Part shown: positions 58,869 to 64,000 of the stretch, in pieces
Layout of the letters: each line of letters starts with the position of its first letter
Numbering within the stretch: position 1 is the first letter of the stretch
Source of the DNA: Candidatus Hermodarchaeota archaeon
Lineage (GTDB): Archaea > Asgardarchaeota > Lokiarchaeia > Sigyniarchaeales > SOKP01
DNA: 64,000 nucleotides
NCBI GenBank assembly: GCA_048885925.1
Contig: JBHLLG010000001.1
Span: 3,105-67,104, forward strand
Direction: 5' to 3'
The notes under the pieces: generated by a model
Told to the model about the DNA's origin: nothing
The model's input: the letters and a program-made list of their open reading frames with translations, nothing else
The model's database searches: none
Program-made: the position numbers and the translations under genes

Positions 58869-59153
58869 TTATTTTGGAGGAGCCAGTACAATTTCAATGC
58901 TAGAAACATTGTTATTTTGCCCATTTTCTCCTTCTAATTGTTCTGTGCTTAGTTTGATGTCCTTATATTCTGTACCTTTTAAGAATCGATTTCGCAAAAT
59001 TTCACACACATCAACGGCATGAGAAATAGCTCTTCCTCTAGCTTTTACAGTACATTCTTCGCCTTTATTAAGGATCATCATGGTTGCCATCACATAATTC
59101 ATAGTAGGACGGCGCCCGACAAATACAGCGTTTTCTTCTTTACTTTTGCTCAT
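58869..59153 (-). CDS. albA: DNA/RNA-binding protein Alba
   Basis: P.MNYV, KARGRAIS.AVDV.E and VSSIEIVL motifs. Confidence 0.95.
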   Translation of the reverse strand: MSKSKEENAVFVGRRPTMNYVMATMMILNKGEECTVKARGRAISHAVDVCEILRNRFLKGTEYKDIKLSTEQLEGENGQNNNVSSIEIVLAPPK

Positions 59154-59404
59154 CTTTATTTTCCTCTTTAGTTTTATTTTTTTATTGTATTTCTTTATTT
59201 TTTTGTTATTTTGTGTTTATGTATTATGTATTCAATTTTACGTAATTTAATTTTAAAATTACGATAATAACATTTTGTTGAAATTTTAGAAATGTTTTAA
59301 ATTTTATTATCAGATTAATAGGGAATTTTAATTTTCTAAAACGATCTTAATCAGGTGGAACATTTACTAAAAGTAATAAAGAAAAAAAATTGAAATTTAA
59401 AAAA

Positions 59405-59635
59405 TTATATACCCTTAAATTTTATAGCTAGAAAAAATAGAAACCATGAAAGAAATAGTACAATAAAAGCAATAAGCAACCATGTTTGGAAAGGGCTAAA
59501 ATCAAAAAGTGTAAATGTAGGTAATAGAGTGTCGCTCCAGAATAAAACTCCTTGGTCTAATATAATGAATAATCCAAATAGCCATAAAAGACAGGTTATT
59601 ACTACAATAAATTTACTTGGTGGAGTCCATGCCAT
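59405..59635 (-). CDS. Small membrane protein (2 TM)
   Basis: MAWTPPSK start, two TMs, KGI end. Confidence 0.7.
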   Translation of the reverse strand: MAWTPPSKFIVVITCLLWLFGLFIILDQGVLFWSDTLLPTFTLFDFSPFQTWLLIAFIVLFLSWFLFFLAIKFKGI

Positions 59636-59753
59636 GTTTTCTCACGTTTTTTTTTACCTTTTCTTAATTTGTAATTTAAAAGATTAGAATAATTTAAAAT
59701 ATAATAAAATAAGATAAACTCCTTTTTAAAGAATGTAGATAAAAATTTAGAAT

Positions 59754-60464
59754 TCAAGATTCAAATTCTTCATGTTTAGTATAATCTAATTTAATTTCTT
59801 CTACTTTATCATCTTCTAAATATTTTTGATCAAATATTTCTCGATGCTTTTCTTTTTTTTTATCTTTATCATTTTCATCCTTTTTTACTATATCCCATAT
59901 AATACTAACTATAAGCAAACCAGAAACAATAACTAAAAGTGGGATAAGTAATCCAGAATCTGTAAGTACAATTTTTACCCACCCAATATATGGGATCCTT
60001 CCTACAACAACTCCCAGAATATGGTCTTCTGGAACCCAAGCTTCGTCAGGAAACGGATTCGCATCTCCTTTTGTAAGAAAAAACCAACCATTATCATACA
60101 TTTTATCAACAACTCTATGAACAATTGGGTCACCAGGAGCATGTATCCAAATCCCATGAGCGTTAAAGACAATAATATCACCTTCCTTTCCTTCAATTGT
60201 GCCATTCTTAATTGTAGCAGGATTTTTTCCTTTCAGAAACAATAAATCACCTTTGAGCAAATTTGGCTCCATGGAACCAGAGACAACCACCACCATGGGT
60301 GTTTTTGTATTTAGAGTTATTTGCATGATAAAATAGATCAAAAAAGAGCCAGAAAACGCAAAAATTATAAGTATAACTGCAATAATTATTTTTCTTTTTG
60401 AAGATTCTTGTTTTTTCTTTGCCTTTTTCTTACTAAAAGTCTTTTTTAAATCTACTTTTTCCAT
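59754..60464 (-). CDS. sec11: Signal peptidase I (Sec11 type)
   Basis: VVSGSMEP, GD, PIVHRV, TKGDAN and IPYIGW motifs. Confidence 0.95.
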   Translation of the reverse strand: MEKVDLKKTFSKKKAKKKQESSKRKIIIAVILIIFAFSGSFLIYFIMQITLNTKTPMVVVVSGSMEPNLLKGDLLFLKGKNPATIKNGTIEGKEGDIIVFNAHGIWIHAPGDPIVHRVVDKMYDNGWFFLTKGDANPFPDEAWVPEDHILGVVVGRIPYIGWVKIVLTDSGLLIPLLVIVSGLLIVSIIWDIVKKDENDKDKKKEKHREIFDQKYLEDDKVEEIKLDYTKHEEFES

Positions 60465-60681
60465 AACAAAAAAACCAGATATCCTATGTTCAAAATAAAT
60501 AAAATTAAGAATAAAAATTTTCTTAAAAAGGGGAATGAAATATGGATTGTTGAAATTTTTAAGAAAATAAATATGAATGTGAGTATATCATAAGAGTAAC
60601 ATTTTAAATTTAAAAAATCTAGAATAAAATTATCCAATTAGAATGAACAAATAGAGGATTATTAGGGTTAAGGATATTAAA

Positions 60682-61479
60682 ATGGTTGAAAGAAATCATT
60701 CATTAGAATTACGAGATAAAAATTTTAATGATGTTCAAAAAATAATGGAAAACGTTTTAGAAAAAAGCTTTTCTTTAACAACTGCCTCTAAAAGATTGGG
60801 AAGTTCATTACTCAGAATAAGTTATTATGATAGTAAATTTGAAAATGAACCACAAAAAGATAATAGAATTACAATTTTACAGGAACCCAATAATAGAGTT
60901 TATATTCAAATAAAGGGAAAATTGATGGATTCTCAAATAGGAAGATTATGGGATGAACTTGAGAAAAATTTAAATAATTCCACATATAAACCAAAAATAG
61001 TAAAGCTTTTGCCATCAAAAGAGGAAATCGTTCAAGTGATCAAGGATCTTATTGATAGTAGGGGGTATATCGTAAAGAAAGAAGAGGTTCAGACATTTAT
61101 AGAGAATTTTGTAAAAGAGTATAATAGATTACCAAAAAAAGATGAATATGATTCTATTGTAAAGGGTTACATTATAATGACAAACGAAAGAACCAGCTTC
61201 GATTCTAATACTACAAGCATAATCAATAGTGAATATAATAATAACTTACCAGAACCTTATAGAGAATCGCAATCCGCTGATAAATCACTCGAATCTTCTG
61301 GAAGTGATGTCTTACCTGTAAAAGAAAATATTGGGCGAAAAAAGTGTCCGATTTGTGGAAATGATGGATTAATTCACGAAATGGATGATAAAAGTGTGAT
61401 TTTATTTAATTCTTCGCCTAAAATCTTTGCGAAGAAAAATTGTTGTACACAATGTGGACATGAGTGGAGAGATCATTAA
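60682..61479 (+). CDS. Hypothetical protein with C-terminal Zn ribbon homologous to 15710..15904
   Basis: GRKKCPICG...IHE..DK...CTQCGHEWR. Confidence 0.8.
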   Translation: MVERNHSLELRDKNFNDVQKIMENVLEKSFSLTTASKRLGSSLLRISYYDSKFENEPQKDNRITILQEPNNRVYIQIKGKLMDSQIGRLWDELEKNLNNSTYKPKIVKLLPSKEEIVQVIKDLIDSRGYIVKKEEVQTFIENFVKEYNRLPKKDEYDSIVKGYIIMTNERTSFDSNTTSIINSEYNNNLPEPYRESQSADKSLESSGSDVLPVKENIGRKKCPICGNDGLIHEMDDKSVILFNSSPKIFAKKNCCTQCGHEWRDH

Positions 61480-61624
61480 ATTTATAGAAAATTATTTTTG
61501 TTATTAATCAAAAATTTATGATTAAATCTCAGAATATTCTAAAAAAAATAATTTTATATATTACATTATTTAAAATACTGATTAATTACTTTTGTAATTT
61601 TTAAAAATTCGAGCTGAATTAAAA

Positions 61625-62590
61625 ATGGAAGATCACGCAATTATTTATAATCCTGAGGCGGGTAAGGGAAAGGGAGCGATAAAAGATATTCATTTTATGG
61701 AAAAATGTCTTAAAGAATTAAATGTTCCTTATAAGTTATTTGAAACGGAGTATATGGGACATGCTACAGAACTGGGTAGACAATTAGCCAAGGATGGATA
61801 TAGAGTAATAGGGGCTGGAGGAGATGGCACTTGCAATGAAGTTATGAATGGAGTTATTACCTCTAATACCAATGCGTTATGTGGATTCATTCCTATGGGA
61901 TCTGGAAATGATATTCCTGCCGCTATAGGGATCCGTCCCGACATAAAGAGAGCATGCGAGATAATTGCTGAAGGAAATACTAGTAAATCAGATATAGGCT
62001 ATGCAAAAACAGATACTGGAATTGAACGGTTTTTTTTAGGTATTGGAAGTCAAGGATTTGATGCAGATGTAACTTACCGATTTAATAAAGCAAAAAGAGG
62101 AAAAAGCTATGTCACTCAGACACTAAAAGCCCTATTACCTTGGAAGAATAAGCAAATCAAAGCAACTATGGATAATGATGTTTATGAAGGATATGCTAAT
62201 TGTTTGGCTTGTGCAAATGGACCAAGTTATGGGGGTTTTATGTATATATGTCAAAGAGCGCAGGTGAATGATGGTCTTTTTCATGTAAATATTGTAGATA
62301 TAGGTAAATTTAAGTTACTTAAACACTTTAATCGAATGTATAAAGCTACTCTTTTACCTCATCCAAATATCTATGAATACACGAGTAAGAAAGTTAGAGT
62401 CGAAATGTTGAATTCTGATGAACCAAAACCGTATTTATGTCAAGTTGATGGAGAGATTTTAGATTCACTACCTGTTAATTATGAATGTCTTAAAGATGGA
62501 TATGAATTTATTCGCCCTAAGATAGATGAAGTAGCAGAAGCATTTAAAAAAGAACATGGAAGATATTTTTGGGAATGTAATTATGACTAA
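61625..62590 (+). CDS. Diacylglycerol/lipid kinase (YegS/DAGK family)
   Basis: IIYNPEAG, GGDGT..EV.NG, PMGSGND, GFDA, GG and QVDGE motifs. Confidence 0.93.
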   Translation: MEDHAIIYNPEAGKGKGAIKDIHFMEKCLKELNVPYKLFETEYMGHATELGRQLAKDGYRVIGAGGDGTCNEVMNGVITSNTNALCGFIPMGSGNDIPAAIGIRPDIKRACEIIAEGNTSKSDIGYAKTDTGIERFFLGIGSQGFDADVTYRFNKAKRGKSYVTQTLKALLPWKNKQIKATMDNDVYEGYANCLACANGPSYGGFMYICQRAQVNDGLFHVNIVDIGKFKLLKHFNRMYKATLLPHPNIYEYTSKKVRVEMLNSDEPKPYLCQVDGEILDSLPVNYECLKDGYEFIRPKIDEVAEAFKKEHGRYFWECNYD

Positions 62591-62605
62591 TACTTTTTTT
62601 AATGA

Positions 62606-63241
62606 TTGAGAATATTTATGCCAGATTGGGATGCAATATTTTCTGAAAAAGGAAAAGTATTCTTAGAACCTCATCCAGAATTGGAGCGGATAATTAAAAT
62701 CTTTCATGAGAGAGGTGTAAAACGGATTTTAGATCTTGGATGCGGAACAGGCAGGCATTTGATATTTCTATCAAAAAAAGGATTTAAAGTCTACGGAATG
62801 GATGCTTCGCCTAAGGCTTTACAAATTGCACGAGAATGGCTTAAGGAAGAAAATCTAGAAGTAGAGGTAGTTTTGAATAGAATGGAACATCAATTTCCAT
62901 ATAAAGATTGTTTTTTTGATGCCATTATATCAATACAAGTAATTCATCATAATCTAATGAAAGATATCATATTTACAGTTAATGAAATCAGCAGAATTTT
63001 AAAACCTAAAGGGATAATATTTATTACATTCCCAAAATTAGAAGGGTCTTCGAGATTAGAGGAGTGGGAATTAAAAGAAATAGAGAAAGGGACTTACATT
63101 CCTCAAGCTGGCAAAGAGAAGGGATTACTCCATCATTTTTTTACTATCGAAGAAATTCATCAAGTATTTAGTTCTTATAATCTTTTAGAGATTTCTTTGG
63201 ATAGGGCAAATCATAGAGCAATTTTAGGAATAAAGAAATAA
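62606..63241 (+). CDS. Class I SAM-dependent methyltransferase
   Basis: ILDLGCGTGRH, GMDAS, FDAII and RILKPKG motifs. Confidence 0.92.
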   Translation: MRIFMPDWDAIFSEKGKVFLEPHPELERIIKIFHERGVKRILDLGCGTGRHLIFLSKKGFKVYGMDASPKALQIAREWLKEENLEVEVVLNRMEHQFPYKDCFFDAIISIQVIHHNLMKDIIFTVNEISRILKPKGIIFITFPKLEGSSRLEEWELKEIEKGTYIPQAGKEKGLLHHFFTIEEIHQVFSSYNLLEISLDRANHRAILGIKK

Positions 63242-63257
63242 CCTAAAAAGAGTCTAA

Positions 63258-64000
63258 TTAAGAATTCTCCACTTTTTCTATAAAAGGTTTCTTTATAATT
63301 ATTAATATTACTATAGTGATTGCAATGATTATAATAATTGAAATAATAGATATTAAGAATTCTAAAGAGGGTTTATTAATATCCTTAACCCAAGGATAAT
63401 TACCTTTATAGAGATTATTTGGATCTTCAAAAAAGTTATTATAGATAAATTGCTCAACTGTTTTTCCTGTTGTTTCAAGACTAATATCTGAAATATGAGA
63501 AATATTATCTTGAATAGTATGATGATAAGGCCAATTTGGATTATCCCAAAAATTTATAATTAAGTCTGCTGCAGGGATTCCTTCATCTACAAACACCTTA
63601 TGATCATCTAATATGGATCTTCTTTCTGCATTTGATGGAAATTGAGAAGTATAACTTAATTTCCTTCCAATTAAAAACAACTCATCTAATAATGAGGATG
63701 TAGAATATTGTTCATTAATAAATTGAAGGTTAATTCCTCCAACCATATCTAATAAAATCATACAATCAAAATCTTCTATAGCTGAATCATAAAAACTATT
63801 AATTTCATTTACAAATACTTGAGATCCTTCGCACCAATCCCATCCATCGATACCATTCGCATTATCTCTTCCTTGATCTTCAGCATCAAAAAATAAAAAC
63901 CATATTTGGCATGATAAATTATCTTTTTGAGAGTATAAAGTTCTTGCAAGCTCAATAAGTACAGCACTTCCACTTGCTGCATCATTAGCACCTGGAACTG
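63258..64000 (-). CDS. M28 family peptidase (glutaminyl-cyclase-like) with C-terminal TM anchor; 5' end outside window
   Basis: Frame open to the window edge: PGANDAASG, FFDAED, GS, LLDMVG, DDH..F and YHHT..D motifs. Confidence 0.9.
   Translation of the reverse strand, partial: VPGANDAASGSAVLIELARTLYSQKDNLSCQIWFLFFDAEDQGRDNANGIDGWDWCEGSQVFVNEINSFYDSAIEDFDCMILLDMVGGINLQFINEQYSTSSLLDELFLIGRKLSYTSQFPSNAERRSILDDHKVFVDEGIPAADLIINFWDNPNWPYHHTIQDNISHISDISLETTGKTVEQFIYNNFFEDPNNLYKGNYPWVKDINKPSLEFLISIISIIIIIAITIVILIIIKKPFIEKVENS

Noticed and set aside
59241-59263. Inverted repeat CGTAATTT-N7-AAATTACG upstream of alba
   Set aside because: 8-bp arms in very AT-rich DNA can arise by chance; no second copy noticed
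5139-61944. Other short overlapping ORFs in the track (e.g. 5139, 5513, 7869, 9490, 9816, 14359, 25081, 34397, 38503, 45544, 48248, 57624, 58269, 60002, 60452)
   Set aside because: Antisense or out-of-frame shadows of motif-supported genes, or low-complexity AT-rich intergenic ORFs
63809-63991. 60-aa minus-strand ORF
   Set aside because: Alternate frame within the M28 peptidase gene
1-64000. CRISPR array, tRNA, rRNA, IS element or integrase
   Set aside because: No short regularly spaced repeats, no GC-rich structured RNA-like segment and no transposase/integrase motifs were seen by eye; a covariance-model scan was not run

Overview
AT-rich, gene-dense chromosomal segment of an Asgard archaeon, most likely Lokiarchaeia. 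Evidence: archaeal Alba, histone, Sec11 and the HerA-NurA-Mre11-Rad50 operon occur alongside eukaryotic-signature-type proteins (single-domain gelsolin, longin-like and Ras-like folds) and Loki-style Zn-ribbon and 7TM families. I see no rRNA, tRNA, CRISPR array or mobile element. The ORF track misses or truncates several genes: a >791-aa secreted repeat protein running off the left edge (3x154-aa and >=2x81-aa repeats), a 51-aa ribbon-helix-helix protein, the N-terminus of an M28 peptidase at the right edge, and two genes that appear to start at ATA/ATT codons 6 nt after an AGGTGA ribosome-binding site. Best leads for undescribed biology: (i) a 705-aa cytoplasmic protein whose N-terminal ~220 aa look collinear with the mu-homology domain of adaptin mu/delta-COP; (ii) a 12.5-18 kb neighbourhood with a stand-alone C2-like protein, three kinase-less 7TM proteins, a degenerate Rab-like pseudo-GTPase and Zn-ribbon proteins; (iii) a histone-Alba pair where the histone has a Lys tail and Alba has GKKP replaced by GRRP; (iv) PNGase-F-like tandem domains in the surface protein. 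All family assignments are by eye from motifs; no searches were run.
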